Source of the DNA: Trichodelitschia bisporula
Taxonomy: Eukaryota
Direction of reading: 5' to 3'
NCBI GenBank assembly: GCA_010356995.1
Contig: ML996693.1
Location: 310,001-374,000 of the forward strand
Length of the DNA stretch: 64,000 bases
Within the stretch, counting starts at the first letter, position 1. The number at the start of each line of letters is the position of its first letter. The position numbers and the translations under genes were made by a program. The notes beneath the pieces were generated by a model that saw only the letters and a program-made list of their open reading frames with translations, ran no database searches and had not been told where the DNA came from. This document shows, in pieces, positions 1-11,942 of the stretch.

Positions 1-1191
1 GGCTGAGTTCAACTCCACAGAAGCCGCAAGTGGCCCGGAAGGCCTGGTCAGCATAACCGGTTCCATCAGTGGCGTTGTTTGCTCCGCGAGCCCAGTTCCA
101 GTTCTCGGTCCATGGAAAGCTCGCAGGCCTGGTGCAGCTCGGGCACGGCATAGTCTTTTCCCATGGATCGTCGACGTTCGCCCATTTCAGACCGGTCTTT
201 CGTTCGAAGTTCTCAACTGCAGCGGCTGGTGGCTCGTATTCCAGTGTGACGCGGTTGATGCAATTGGCAACTTCGAACAAGGGGAAAGGCGTCACGTAAA
301 AGTCCAGTTTCCCTAGTATTATTAGCAAGGCTAACTGCTACACGTCTGTAAGCTAACCGTAGCGGACGCAGTCTTCGAAAAACCGCTGAGGATTTAGCAG
401 GTATGCGTGCCACACGATCAGAACGTCTGAATCCATCAATAGAAGCTGCAGCAATTTCGGTACGACTCACCAAGCGGAGGGAGATGTTCGGGTGAGATGA
501 GGTCGGTGAGCGGAACACCTCTGTGGAGCTTGGACTTTAACCGCGCGCGGCACGAATGCAACATGGCGATAGTGACCCTGGGTTGAGGCTTTCCTCCCAA
601 AGTACTGGGAATGCACTTGTCCCACCACCGCTCAAATCGGTCAGCTGCTCTCGCTACAAAGACCGCCCATTTTTTGTCCTGGGTTTTCCCATGACGACCG
701 GACTTCCTGCCATATGAAGACGCGGTAGAGCCTGGACGGCTGGTGCTATATGTTGGCGCGGCAGAACCTGGACGGCTGGAAGGGGTGGCGGGCGGATGGA
801 CCCCAAGGGGCACCGCGTCGGGATGGAGGAGTCCGAAAAGGGCTCCGGGGCTCGATATCTCATTTCGAAAGTGCTGGAAGGCGTCCAAGACCTCCAGGTG
901 CGCGATGACGTGGTTCGGTGTGATGCTAAGGACATGTCTCTGCAAGAGGTTAGACCACTGCCGAAGATGAACATGCTGGTCATTCACGTGTGGCTTGCCA
1001 TGGAAGAGGCGGAGTCTGCGTTGGCCATCGAACTGGCGCCTTGCAGCTGGAGAGATGGGATCAGGTGGGAAGTAAGTAAAATACTCGGGATTGTCGAATT
1101 TCTGTTCCGAGACAGGGCTCGGGGGGCGGGGCGGTAGGCTTCCAAACATGTAGTAACCGTCATTGGCGCTAGTCACAGAGCTTGGAAACAT
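1..1191 (-). CDS. Glycine-rich domain-containing protein (GRDP/DUF1399-like) family, 3'-truncated by window edge
   Basis: ORF 436..1254 contains KKWAVFVARAADRFERWW...LPPL. Splicing introns 427..470 and 313..357 restores LPPLDVLIVWHAYLLNPQRFFEDCVRYG, followed by CPSC and GYAD...CGFC, typical of this fungal family. First ATG at 1191 (alternative near 1149). Confidence 0.75.
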
Positions 1192-1408
1192 GATGAGACC
1201 GTTCGTAGCTAGGATGCGAAGCGGTATGGATAAGAAAAGAGAGTGGTGGAACACCGTTGGGCTATTGCTGGGTCACGGCGTTATTCGAGTTCAGAGATGA
1301 GGCACAGTGAGCGGTATTATCAAGTGAAGAGGTGGTGTTCGAGCATGGCAGCTGCCGTCAACCTAGGGAAGGGAAGAGCGACTGTATTGCTAGGCAAGAC
1401 CCAAGTCG

Positions 1409-1968
1409 TCACTTCTCTGTAGACGATTGATGTTCAACAGGAGTCGCGCCGTCATCGAGGGGTGCCTGGTGTTCAACAGGAGCCGCGCCATCACCGAGGG
1501 GTGCCTTCGCAGTGTTGACAAGTCCAGTCGTCGCATCTACGCCAGTCTTGCCTAGTCCACTCCCAAGAGCATAGACCTGGCGTGTCAGCATTCCGCTCGA
1601 GACCGATACTGAGGAAGACCCACCGTGTTCCCCGCCGTATCTCCAACACCCTTCAGCACGCCGCCCACAGTGCCAGCCAGACCACCGATTACTTTCCCGG
1701 ACCCATCCAGTATTGTACCTGCGACGCCTCGCGCCCGATCTTTTTGTTCGGCAGACATGTTGTCTGGCAACATCTCTCGCGGAATTTGCATTTGCTGAGG
1801 GTTGCTCTCGCCGTCTTGCGCGTCTGCATGCTTGGATTCGTCGCCCTCGAGCTCGACTTGTCCAGCGGCATTCTTCCTCAGTTCGCGGAACTGGCGGCGG
1901 GCTTCGATTTCGGAGGTCCCGGGTAGGAGGTCGAGATCGACGACTTTGTTCTCAAGTACTTTGACCAT
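1409..1968 (-). CDS. Small hydrophilic Gly-rich (LEA/hydrophilin-like) hypothetical protein
   Basis: ORFs 1585..1968 and 1409..1591 join through intron 1577..1623 (GTGGGT...GCTGAC...CAG), giving GGLAGTVGGVLKGVGDTAGNTVYALGSGLG. The C-terminus has a duplicated 13-aa unit APL(G/D)DGA(A/T)PVEHQ. Confidence 0.65.
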
Positions 1969-2666
1969 GGTGTTTGTCTGAATCTTTTTCGTTTCGAGTG
2001 TTTGGAGTCTGCGTTTAGTAGGCGCTGGGCTAATTGCAGCTCAAGGCGGGACAGTGGAATATATCCTCGGAGACATGGCCGCGAAACCTGAGTTGTGGTT
2101 ACCCCTTTGCGTCATGCCGCAGTACAGCAAGGAATGAACGTCAGAGCAATCTATGACGATACCGGGGCGAACTCGTCCACTGATTCGAGCAGAGGCAAAG
2201 ATGGTGAATCAGAAATGCTTCCTCTGGAAATACCTCTGGAAGTGATTTCCACTCGCCTGCAGCTTGGAGAGAGCCCCAGTTGCCACACCCGAGGAACGCG
2301 TCGCTCGACCTCCTCGCCATCCACCGCGTCAGGAGAGGTTGCCAAGGCCGATGTCGCCGCCTGGATCCGACGACCGTCGAATGAAGGTGAGCCGGAAAAG
2401 TCGCAGCACTACCGGTGGTGAATTTTGCGCAGTTGAAGAGCCACGAGTTTTCGAATCTCCATTTCGCCATCAAACCCTCCGTCCCACCAGATATTCTCTC
2501 CGTCTCTCACAGAAGAACATGCCCAGAATTCCGTGAGGACTTCCTTGTCCCACGTCTTCCTTCGTCCAAATGCACACATGCCAAAACTCCAGTCTCCTGT
2601 CAGCCAAACGCCGTCTAGTCCTCCGCAATTGCCGTAAACTCCCATACTCCTAAAAAACATCACCAT

Positions 2667-3517
2667 CTACACCATCAACCCACTCACCACCCCACTCACC
2701 ACCCCACTCACCACCCCTTCAAAAGCCCATTCAACCGGCGGCCTCACACCACCGCTCCTAACCTTGACAGCCCACATTTCGCCCTCCTACCCAAAATCAG
2801 CGCCATCCAGACCACAACCAAGCACCCACTCACCTCCCCAACAAAACCCCCCTTATCCAAATACCCCACACTCTCTGCAAACCTTCCCTCAACCTCCCTC
2901 CCCCCACACACATCCCCCACCACAAACCTAACTCCCCTGTTCTGCAACTCCCCCAAAGGCTCGAGCACCCGCCGCCTCAGCGCCCACTCCCACTCCCCAT
3001 CCCCCTCCTCCCCCCGCCGCCGCGGCACCTCCATCCACCCCACCTCCACAACCCGTAAATCCTCCGCCTGGCGCAGGACCTCGACGGCCCGCGCTACCCG
3101 CTCCCGCCGCCGCTCGACCTCCGCGCACAGCACGGCTGCGTACCCGCCTAGCTTTCCGCCTGCCCCGACCCCGAGCACGGGGTGCCAGAACAGACTGAGG
3201 CAGACGCGGCGGACGCGACGTAGGACCGCAGCGCGCGCCAGGCGTTCTTCTACGCCCCATAGCGGCGCTATGTTCGGCGCGTCGAGCAGGCCTTCGAGTG
3301 TGAATGTTGCGAGCCGGAAGTATGTGGCCAGCGCTTCGATGTGGAGTTTGCGGCTGGCGAGAAGGAGGGAGAGGGGCGGGGGCGTATGCGAAGCGTTCGA
3401 TATGCCGAGTTTCGCGCGCAAATGTAGCACCGTGTCCAGATTTGGCGGCGGGAGGAGGTGCGTGATGATCTGCGTGAGGAGCTCAGGCGGGAGAGTGAGA
3501 AGGGTTGGAGGCTTCAT
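2667..3517 (-). CDS. F-box-like domain protein
   Basis: ATG at 3517 begins MKPPTLLTLPPELLTQIITHLL (F-box signature LxxLPxELLxxI). The unspliced stop is at 2744. A probable intron 2787..2833 (GTGAGT...GCTGAT...TAG) extends the CDS to a TAG at 2667. Confidence 0.65.
2679..2717. repeat. 12-bp tandem repeat (CCCACTCACCAC)x3
   Basis: Three exact copies. On the minus strand they encode GVVS x3 in the putative last exon of the F-box gene, and each copy contains a GTGAGT donor-like hexamer. Confidence 0.9.
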
Positions 3518-4782
3518 TGTTGCTTTGCCAGGCGCAGGACGCCAATTTCGTTCGTACGTTGAGCGCGGACTGTAGGATAGACAAACTAACGACCAAAGTA
3601 ACAAAATACCAAACCCCCTATGCCACGTCCCGGGTATCTCCATCTTATATCTCGCCCCACGCCCTCCCCACGCCCTGCCCCCCTTAACCCCTTCCCCACC
3701 AACAAAAGGGAGATCCCCACAAACCCTTCCACAGGGTCCAAAGGGTCCACCCCCTAGTTCTAGCCTCACCCTACCCGAATCTCGATACGATCCCCAGGGG
3801 TATCAGCGCCCGCCAGCACGCCCGTAGCGCAAAAAACGAAGAAGCGGTCAGGGTCGCCGCCCTCCCCAAATTACCCTTTCTCAGCCTTAGTTCTAGAACT
3901 ACATCCGTAGACCTCAGGCCAAGAACGAGTGGCAGCCGAGGGATTTCCGGAAACCGGCACACGCTGTTCGCTGGCGTGGTCGGACGTACATTTTACCTCC
4001 GTACGTGGGGCCTAATATCGCGTTTCCGCGTCCCGCGGCGTGGGGTCTAGACCCTGCGTCAGGGTCTGCGGTGCGTTGCGCACGTCTGCGCGGCGGCTTA
4101 TCGGACGCGACTCCATGCGGGGATGTGCTGATGTGGTCGGAACGGAGGCCGGAGATGGCTTACGTGCATGCGATACATCAACTTCGCCAGCGATGAACGT
4201 TGCATGGACTACGCTCGTACAGCATGGATATTTCGCGCCTGACTGGATAGACGATGACAGCAGATTCCATGAGCATGCATGCGGAACGTCTTCACTGCTG
4301 GCATCGGGATTCCGAACGAGGCCTGGACCCAAAAACTACCCCCAAACCCCCCACTCAAACCACGCACACAACACGCGACTAGCCAGTTTATGAACATCAA
4401 GTCAGATTTTCTTAGCTCATGAACCTCGTAAGTCGTCCCATAAAACCAGCATCAAAGAGGAGCCGTCCCGGACACCCGTCTATCAACCACTAAAAACCCA
4501 TCATGATGTTGCCCACGACCATAGCACCGACCATCTATGCCCATTGCACACGTCTCACATGTCCGGCGCAGAACTCAGCCATGAACACACAAATAACAGT
4601 CATCATAAAAACCATCCGTTGTCTCTCAGAGCTGCCATAAACGACCGTCCTCTTCGAACCCGAGCCCAGCACCGGTGAAACAAACACAAAGAAAAGCACA
4701 CTCATTGGTATCTTCCGTCGCCGAACAAAGTCCATCCACCCAAAGCCCTCAAATGCGTTGCTCATGAACCATGAACCCCCCA

Positions 4783-6633
4783 CTAGTACCGAGGGTTAGA
4801 CCCCATCGGCGGCGGAGGAAGATTCATGTTTCCGACTGCGGCGTACGGATTGCCATCAGGATAGCTCGTGGGGTGCGGTGGCGCACCGTACATGCCCTGT
4901 GGGCCTGGGTAGCCAGACTGGCCTGAAGGATAGTTAGTACGAGAATAATCATCATTGCTGCCACCACGCCGGCCCCGCGAACTATTCGCATCATTTGCAC
5001 TTCTGGCACGGCGCCTATTCATGTCCTCCAGGTACTTCTGCCGCTTCTGCTTTATCTCCTTGATTTGAGATCGATGCTCATAAAGATCCTTCCACTCAGC
5101 GAAAGCGGATTTGATCCCTAGAGCCGCAATGCCAACAGCCGCCGCGTCGTGCAGAATGTTCTTGCTCTTTCGCATCTTAGCCTCCTGAGGAGACATCTCC
5201 CCCTCTTGAACCAACTGGTGGCGCTTCTTCGCAGCTTCCATCGATGAATAGACACCGTGCGCCGCGTGGATGGTGGCAACGGTCGCAAGGCCGGCGGTGA
5301 GGAGTTCCTTACCTCGCGCTTCCTTCCGCTTCTTTTCAAGATCCTCAGACGAGGCGCTGTCAAGACTGCTATCCCGACTTCCGGCGCCGCCCCTACGACG
5401 CCCGCGTCCAGGATCGTTCCGACCAGGGGAGCGGTTGCTCGAGTACTTCGATTTCCGGTTAGAGCCCCGAGAGTCACTGGTGTCGGCGCTGCGGGAGCGG
5501 TCGCGACCGCGAGACTTGGAACGAAGACGGTCGTATAGCGACTTGCCAGCCTTGCCAGCAGCGGCGATGCCACCGACGGTCGCAATTTGCCTAAGGCGAG
5601 ACTGAGAGCGCCCACGGCTGCCATGGTCTTCGTCGTAGTTACGGCCGCGAGACCGGGACCGAGACCGAGAGGGAGAACGACCCATGATAGACCGCGAGCG
5701 ATCGCGAATCCGGTCGACGACAGAGCGAGAGCGAGACCGCGACCGAGACTGAGACCGACCACGAGATGATGAATCACGCTTCCCGTTCGCAAGTCGATCA
5801 GCAGCCAGTCCAGCGACAACCGACTCGACGATGTGGCGCTTCGACTTCTTTTCCGGATTCTTGTCGAGGAAAGCGTCGATGCCAGCGGCACTCAGAGCTG
5901 CGGTGGCAACACGACCGCCCTTTGCGCCCATCCAGTCACCGGGCTCCTTGCGAACACGAACAGCTTGGGTGATACCAGTGAGAACTGCGGCCTTAGCAGC
6001 TTGCTTCCACTTCTCACGCATATCGCGGCTCGAGCTCCGGCGATGGCCGTAATCGTCGTCATCGGATGAGCTGTCATGGCGACGGCCGCTACGGCTACGG
6101 TGGCGAGATTTCTGTCCACCACGGCTCATAGAGCGAGCCAACTTGGTGACCGTAGCCGCAGCTCCGCCGAGACCAAGACCTTCGAGCGCTTCTTCGATTT
6201 GGGACTTGCGGCGCTCCTTGCGGCGAGGGCGGCGGCCATACTCGTCAGAGTAGTAGGAATCGTCATCGTCGTGGCGTCCGCGATGGCTACGGCCTATTGC
6301 GTATCCAGCAGCAGCTCCAGCGATAGCTGGCCCCTCATCGTAGTCATCGTCATAGTAATCGCCACGACGGTCGCGAGCAGAACGAGCACGACGAGGCGGG
6401 TAGTCTTCACGGTAGCGTGAGCGACCATACTCGGCGCCACCGGGTGGAGGGAAAGGACGCGAAATCTCCTCGACGCTATCTTCGTGACGATAGACTAGAT
6501 CGCGAGACGAAGTAGGGCCGCGCTGCTGGACGAAGGTCTCCGAGACATACTCCGGCTCACGGGTGCGGGTTTCGCGGGAACTACGGCCACGTCCGGAACG
6601 GTCGTAGGAGTCGTAGTAGTCGTATTCCGTCAT
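4783..6633 (-). CDS. DUF3824-type RS-rich fungal protein
   Basis: Single 616-aa ORF with RS-dipeptide tracts and conserved-looking blocks: QAAKAAVLTG...EPGDWMGAKGGRVATAAL and KELLTAGLATVATIHAAHGVYSSME...DAAAVGIAALGIKSA. Pro/Tyr-rich tail. Confidence 0.75.
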   Translation of the reverse strand: MTEYDYYDSYDRSGRGRSSRETRTREPEYVSETFVQQRGPTSSRDLVYRHEDSVEEISRPFPPPGGAEYGRSRYREDYPPRRARSARDRRGDYYDDDYDEGPAIAGAAAGYAIGRSHRGRHDDDDSYYSDEYGRRPRRKERRKSQIEEALEGLGLGGAAATVTKLARSMSRGGQKSRHRSRSGRRHDSSSDDDDYGHRRSSSRDMREKWKQAAKAAVLTGITQAVRVRKEPGDWMGAKGGRVATAALSAAGIDAFLDKNPEKKSKRHIVESVVAGLAADRLANGKRDSSSRGRSQSRSRSRSRSVVDRIRDRSRSIMGRSPSRSRSRSRGRNYDEDHGSRGRSQSRLRQIATVGGIAAAGKAGKSLYDRLRSKSRGRDRSRSADTSDSRGSNRKSKYSSNRSPGRNDPGRGRRRGGAGSRDSSLDSASSEDLEKKRKEARGKELLTAGLATVATIHAAHGVYSSMEAAKKRHQLVQEGEMSPQEAKMRKSKNILHDAAAVGIAALGIKSAFAEWKDLYEHRSQIKEIKQKRQKYLEDMNRRRARSANDANSSRGRRGGSNDDYSRTNYPSGQSGYPGPQGMYGAPPHPTSYPDGNPYAAVGNMNLPPPPMGSNPRY

Positions 6634-7227
6634 GGTGGGAAGGTTTCAGTCCAGAATCTGAGAGCGCAAGCATTAATTAAAGTTCCAACCATCGCTCGAG
6701 AGCTTGCCTACCTCAAGGTTGCGTGAAGTGGTGTATCAGGGAAAAGGGTAGGGCAAAGGAGTCAAACAAGTGGAAAAAATGGAGAGTTGCGAGAAAGGTT
6801 GCGGGCGGATGAGGAGCGCTCTTCGAGGTGAAATAGTCACCGCCCCACTCTGTCAGCCAAGACTGACCGGAACTGTCAAGGAACTGGGGTTGAGGAAGGC
6901 GCAGGTGATGGATGGAGGGGCTCGGTGGGATGGGGTGGTGTGTGCCAACACTCGGCGCTGCTGGTGACTTTGCTCACACTACCGTGCAGCCTCGTAGCGG
7001 GCTGTCAGAAGCTTGTCGAACGAAGAGGCAAACTACGGTAAGGCCTCGATCAGTTGAAGCCTTGCAAACTGTGGCTTGGGAGATTTGCGTACCGGACTTT
7101 GGAAGGCAAAGATCGTGCCTTGGTGGAGTTGGTTGGCCGGCGAGGTGGATGAAGGGGGTGGTTTGATTCACTACCAAGGAAGCTGTTCTTTAAAAGGAAA
7201 AGATTTATGGAGGGGGAGAAGGAGAAT

Positions 7228-7260
7228 GAGGAGGAGGAGGAGGAGGAGGAGGAGGAGGAG
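7228..7260. repeat. (GAG)11 microsatellite
   Basis: 33-nt perfect trinucleotide run in the intergenic region upstream of the DUF3824-type gene. Confidence 0.95.
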
Positions 7261-8246
7261 AAGACTTGAGGCGCAAAGATGTGGGCAAGTTTGATCGAAA
7301 GGTGAATGACCGCATCGAAGCGCACAGAAAAGTAACCGGGAGGGCAACTACGCCCCTGTCGGGTGACGCAATGAGGTGGGTTCTGTTGTAGAAGCGGGGG
7401 AAGTTGCATCCTTGCGACACCCAATGAGGGGAGAACGACCCGGTGCTTAGGCATTCGCTAGTGACTCAAGCTGCATTCGTTGCATCTTTCTGCATGTCGT
7501 TCGCTGGTGAACATTACCTACATACGGAGTAATAAGAAGATTGATATCGCGACCCCTTCGGCATCGACCCGACAGTTTGTTTAGAGGGTCCAAGGGCACT
7601 CGATGCGTGGTCTCCACACATGTCCCTGCGAACTACCGTGGCGCATCATCGCCTTTTTGGGACCGACGGCTAGCGACTTCGCGTCGTCGGGTTGACAGCC
7701 GGCTCTTTGCCTCACTCCACCGAAGCCCACCCAACTACGGGCCTCATCGGCCTCAAACAGCAAGTCGACATGGGCAGATGTTTGCTTTCATCCACACCAC
7801 TACATTGCGAGCCGAGACAAGAAGTGCGGCTCTATACGCAATGCTTTTGCCTTATCCACGGCTGCGATGAGAAATGGGGGATACCGGTGTCCATCTGCAT
7901 CCCAGCGACGGAAAGGCTGAGGATGACTCGTCGCAAAGACTGTCGGTATCCTGACCTACCGAGCGGTCAAGCAAAACTGCCTGGAGCCTTCGGCTTCTCC
8001 CGTCCTTCTGTCGGGAGATATTCGGCTGCACGTCAAACGGGGCGACGCAGGGCGAAAAAGAAGTTGGGGTTTGGTGAACTGAGGCGGCCCGACGGGATCA
8101 CCCGCCACAAGCAATGGGTGGCTTGATTCAAGTGGCTGAGCTCGTCGACGACCCATGACATCACAGGGCGAGCCTCATGCTTTGAGAGGCGCAGCATCTT
8201 GTACATCGTACTACCTCTATCACTCCGCCTCTTAACCTCACTTCTA

Positions 8247-9303
8247 ATGCCTGGGGACAGTCAGGCTAACACAGACATCCTGCTGGTGCGAACCACTCGT
8301 CCCGCTCCCCCTTGTCACTAACCACCTAGTTCTAGGCCGGCGCAGCAGCAGCCCTAACCGTCGACCTCCTCGTCTACCCCCTCGACACCCTCAAAACCCG
8401 CCTGCAGTCCAAAGACTACGCGCGCCTCTACCTCAATGCCAGCACCAACACAATCAACAAGCCCACGCTCTTCCGCGGTCTCTACCAAGGCGTGGGCAGC
8501 GTAGTCATAGCCACCCTCCCATCCTGTAACCCCACCCTCCCAACTCTCGTCCATCACAATGCTTCTAACTCCACCGTACAGCCGGCGCATTCTTCACAGC
8601 CTACGAATCCCTAAACCACACCTTCGCCCCCCTCCCCCTCCCCACCCCCCTCCGCCACGCCCTCTCCTCCGCCCTCGCCGAACTTGTCTCCTGCGCCATC
8701 CTCACCCCGGCGGAAGTCTTGAAGCAAAACGCACAAATGCTCGACGGCACCAAAGGGCGTAGCACCACCCTCGCCACGCTATCCCATTTCCGTTCTAGGC
8801 CTTTCGCGCTCTGGCATGGGTATACGGCCCTCGCGGCGCGGAATCTCCCCTTCACGGCGCTGCAGTTCCCACTGTTCGAGCGCCTGCGCCAGATGATATG
8901 GGATTCCAGGGAGAGGACCGGACACTCCCGCGCCCAAGCGCCGTTGTATGAGCGCGGCGCGGTGACGGCGGTGAGTGCGGGGCTGGCGGGGAGTGTGGCG
9001 GCGGTGATAACCACACCGGTTGACGTGGTGAAGACGCGGGTTATGCTGGCTGCGGCGGAGGAGCAAGGGCATGGGAAGGTGGTGGATGCGATGGGGGCGG
9101 CGGTGGGGAAGAGGAAGAGGTTGAGTGGATGGCAAGTTGGAAGGGAGATTTGGGCGGAGAGCGGGGTTAAGGGGTTGTGGAGGGGGGGGTTGCTGAGGGG
9201 GGTTTGGACCATGTTGGGGAGTGGGTTGTATTTGGGGGCGTATGAGAGTGGGAGGGTGTACTTGGGGAGAAGGAGAGGGGAGACGAAAGAGGATGTGCTG
9301 TAG
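8247..9303 (+). CDS. Mitochondrial carrier family protein (PET8/SAM-carrier-like)
   Basis: Exons 8247..8285, 8336..8525 and 8582..9303. Three PX[DE]XXK motifs: [37 protein letters not shown] is typical of the SAM-carrier subfamily. Confidence 0.88.
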
Positions 9304-9423
9304 GTTAGACACAGCGGAGAATCCACACTAATAGAGAGTAGAGACAATACAGAAATTCATCATTGATAGCACCCAAAATCCAAAACCGTCCATTCCATCA
9401 TATATCCAATTGAGAAGGGTATC

Positions 9424-10923
9424 CTACTGCCCCTGCCTAACCATTAACTTCGAATTCATCCCCACAATACACCTCACCAAATCCCAATCCCCGCTCTCCC
9501 CAACCCAATCACAAATAACCACTCCCGTCCCCCAATCCCCTTGCCCACTCTGCACATGCTTCGTCGCAAGATGCTTCGTAACCGCGGGATTCAATATCGC
9601 CGCAATCTTCTCCGGCCAACACCCGACCTTCCAGAAATTACTCGCGCTCAAAAAATTCAAATACAACGGCGGGGCCGGTGCATTCTCATCCCCACATGCT
9701 TCGCACCCCGCCCGCTCCAGATGTTCCGTCGCATACCGCAGCTTCGCATCAATGTTCTCCGTGTCCAGCACCTCGCAGAAATCCTGCACGACTACCTCGC
9801 CGTGCCGATCGTTCGGCGTGTTATACGCCCAGTTCTCCGCATCGAGCGCCCAGCCGCGGCCATCGTGCTCGCCGCGCAGCTCGTCCGCCAGCGCGAATCT
9901 CCGCATAAGGACAATCTTCCCGCGCGCCTCGCCCAGGCGGGGGATGCGCGGCTCCGTCCACCACCGGTCGTTGTTGGCATAATGCTGCCGCAAAATCCGG
10001 GCCAACTGCGCATCATTATGCTCGCCCGGTCCCTCGCGCTTGACTGAAAAGATCACAGTCTCAGACCCATGCCCCTCGAGCCAGGAAACCGTCTCATTGA
10101 CCAAGTCGCGGAAGTACTTATTCCCAGTCAGGGAGATGGGGAACACGCCATGCACGAGGATGAGCCCGTCGTGGCCTGAATCCTCGGGCCTTTCGGGCTG
10201 GACACGGATGTCGAAGAAGCGCACGCCGTTATCGAGCTGCGCACGCGGACTCACAGCCTGGCAGCGCACGCTGGGCAGGGCCTTGTGGCAGGTCGGGGAG
10301 TTGTGCGTGCCGGGGATGGAGAGAGCGGAGAGCGGGGTTGGGTCGCGGAGGTGCTGCATCCAGGAGGCGAGGTCGCGGGAGGAATACACTGTGAGGAAGG
10401 TGTCATCCTTGACATACACGGCCGTGAGCTCGAAGCGCGGATCGGGCACGAGCGGCGTGAAGGTGCGCGTGTAGGCAACGGGGAGGGGGACGTCGATGCG
10501 GTACCGCTGACCCTCGAGCTCGATTGTTACGCGCAGGATGTCGTCTGCGCGCTCGGAGGCAGCCTTGTCTGTGTTCACGACAGCGAAGGGCTCGACGCGG
10601 ATATCGACGTCTTCGCGAGCATAGGGCTCCGCGTTGTCCGGGATCTCCTTGCGACCGGGCGCACCAATCTTCACGCCTACGGTTTCCGTCACGTTGTTCG
10701 TGAAGCTGGTTATATTCCCTGTGAAGCGGTTGAGGGAGTGGATTGCGCCGCTCGGGGCGGGGTAGCGCTCCAGCTGGCGCACATTGAGGGGCGTGGAGGT
10801 CAAGTTGCGAATCGTGAGCGGAGGCGCCATGGCTTTCGTCTTCGGGGGCTCAGGATTCGAATTGTTCGCAGATTCTTTCGCCGGGTCTTTGACGAGGCGG
10901 GAGAAGACAGCTGGGACCTTCAT
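9424..10923 (-). CDS. Phosphatidylinositol-specific phospholipase C (bacterial-type PI-PLC X domain)
   Basis: LSALSIPGTHNS, QLDNGVRFFDIR, LVHG, SETVIFSVKRE and GVVICDW motifs. Start at ATG 10923 or 10830 (MAPPLTIRNLT). Confidence 0.9.
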   Translation of the reverse strand: MKVPAVFSRLVKDPAKESANNSNPEPPKTKAMAPPLTIRNLTSTPLNVRQLERYPAPSGAIHSLNRFTGNITSFTNNVTETVGVKIGAPGRKEIPDNAEPYAREDVDIRVEPFAVVNTDKAASERADDILRVTIELEGQRYRIDVPLPVAYTRTFTPLVPDPRFELTAVYVKDDTFLTVYSSRDLASWMQHLRDPTPLSALSIPGTHNSPTCHKALPSVRCQAVSPRAQLDNGVRFFDIRVQPERPEDSGHDGLILVHGVFPISLTGNKYFRDLVNETVSWLEGHGSETVIFSVKREGPGEHNDAQLARILRQHYANNDRWWTEPRIPRLGEARGKIVLMRRFALADELRGEHDGRGWALDAENWAYNTPNDRHGEVVVQDFCEVLDTENIDAKLRYATEHLERAGCEACGDENAPAPPLYLNFLSASNFWKVGCWPEKIAAILNPAVTKHLATKHVQSGQGDWGTGVVICDWVGESGDWDLVRCIVGMNSKLMVRQGQ

Positions 10924-11942
10924 TGCGGCAAGGGGCGGGGAGGGGGTTTTGCTGCGAGATAGAGCCGGGGGCAGGGCGCGATCAGGCACTGCGGCGTTAA
11001 GGGCTTGGGGACAGCCAAGATGCGGTTAGAGCAAGCGCTGCGCGCTCCTTCTCGCCGAGTCTTGGACGCTGACGATAGGCAATGGCGTGGGGGAGTGCGA
11101 GGACGGCGTGGGTCGAGGGGTTCGAGTCGTGCTGTCGTGCATGGGATGCGGCCGCTTGCGTGCTGCGGTCAACGACGGCGGGGCAGATGCAGTGGTGCGA
11201 GCCAAAGTGCATTGTGAGTGCGGGGGTGATTGGGTGGAGGTGCGTGTGGCGGATCTGCAGGGAGGGGAGCTGAGGAGACGTGCAGCTTGTTGCATACGGT
11301 ACGGCGATATGTGAGAGAGTTGAGATAGATAGACACTCGTTATTGTATGATGAAGAGTCTGCGGAAGCGAGCAGTGCATGGAGAAAGGGATTGGGACTCT
11401 TACGGATGTACAGTCGGTAAAGGATGTTTGACATTCCATTGTGGTGCCATGTGCCACCAAAAAAATTGGACCTTTGAAGATTGAGAAAATGATGATGAAC
11501 CCCATACTTGAGTCCGGAGCTTGCGATGATCGCAATTGAAGCTTTGCTCTGCGGATGACGTGGGAGTAACATAATGGCAATTGGTAGATAAGTAGGAAGC
11601 ACAGCGAGCTCATATCATGGAGAGGACGTTGCACGGTGATGCGAAGACATCACCAGATACCGACATGCAGTGGATCACTGAATTGGCTTTTCGTACAGTA
11701 CACACACTAACTTGCGCCCATTGCGCCAATGCCACCAGTGACAAGTGAAAGGCACCCTCCGCAAACAGCAAAGTTGGGTATCTACTTCCCCATAGGAAGA
11801 TGAACGCCAGAGCCTGTACATAGAAAGGCTCGAGGTACTGAAGGCACGAAAACTCCTCCCACCATTCTTGTAAACGCCAAACCCCAATTCCCCATCAAGG
11901 AACCGTCCTGTGCCCGTCGTTAGGTCATACGTATCCCCCAGT

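Noticed and set aside
2744..3769. 341-aa ORF taken at full length
   Set aside because: The GTG-started N-terminal part covers the G-rich promoter/leader. The F-box motif begins at ATG 3517.
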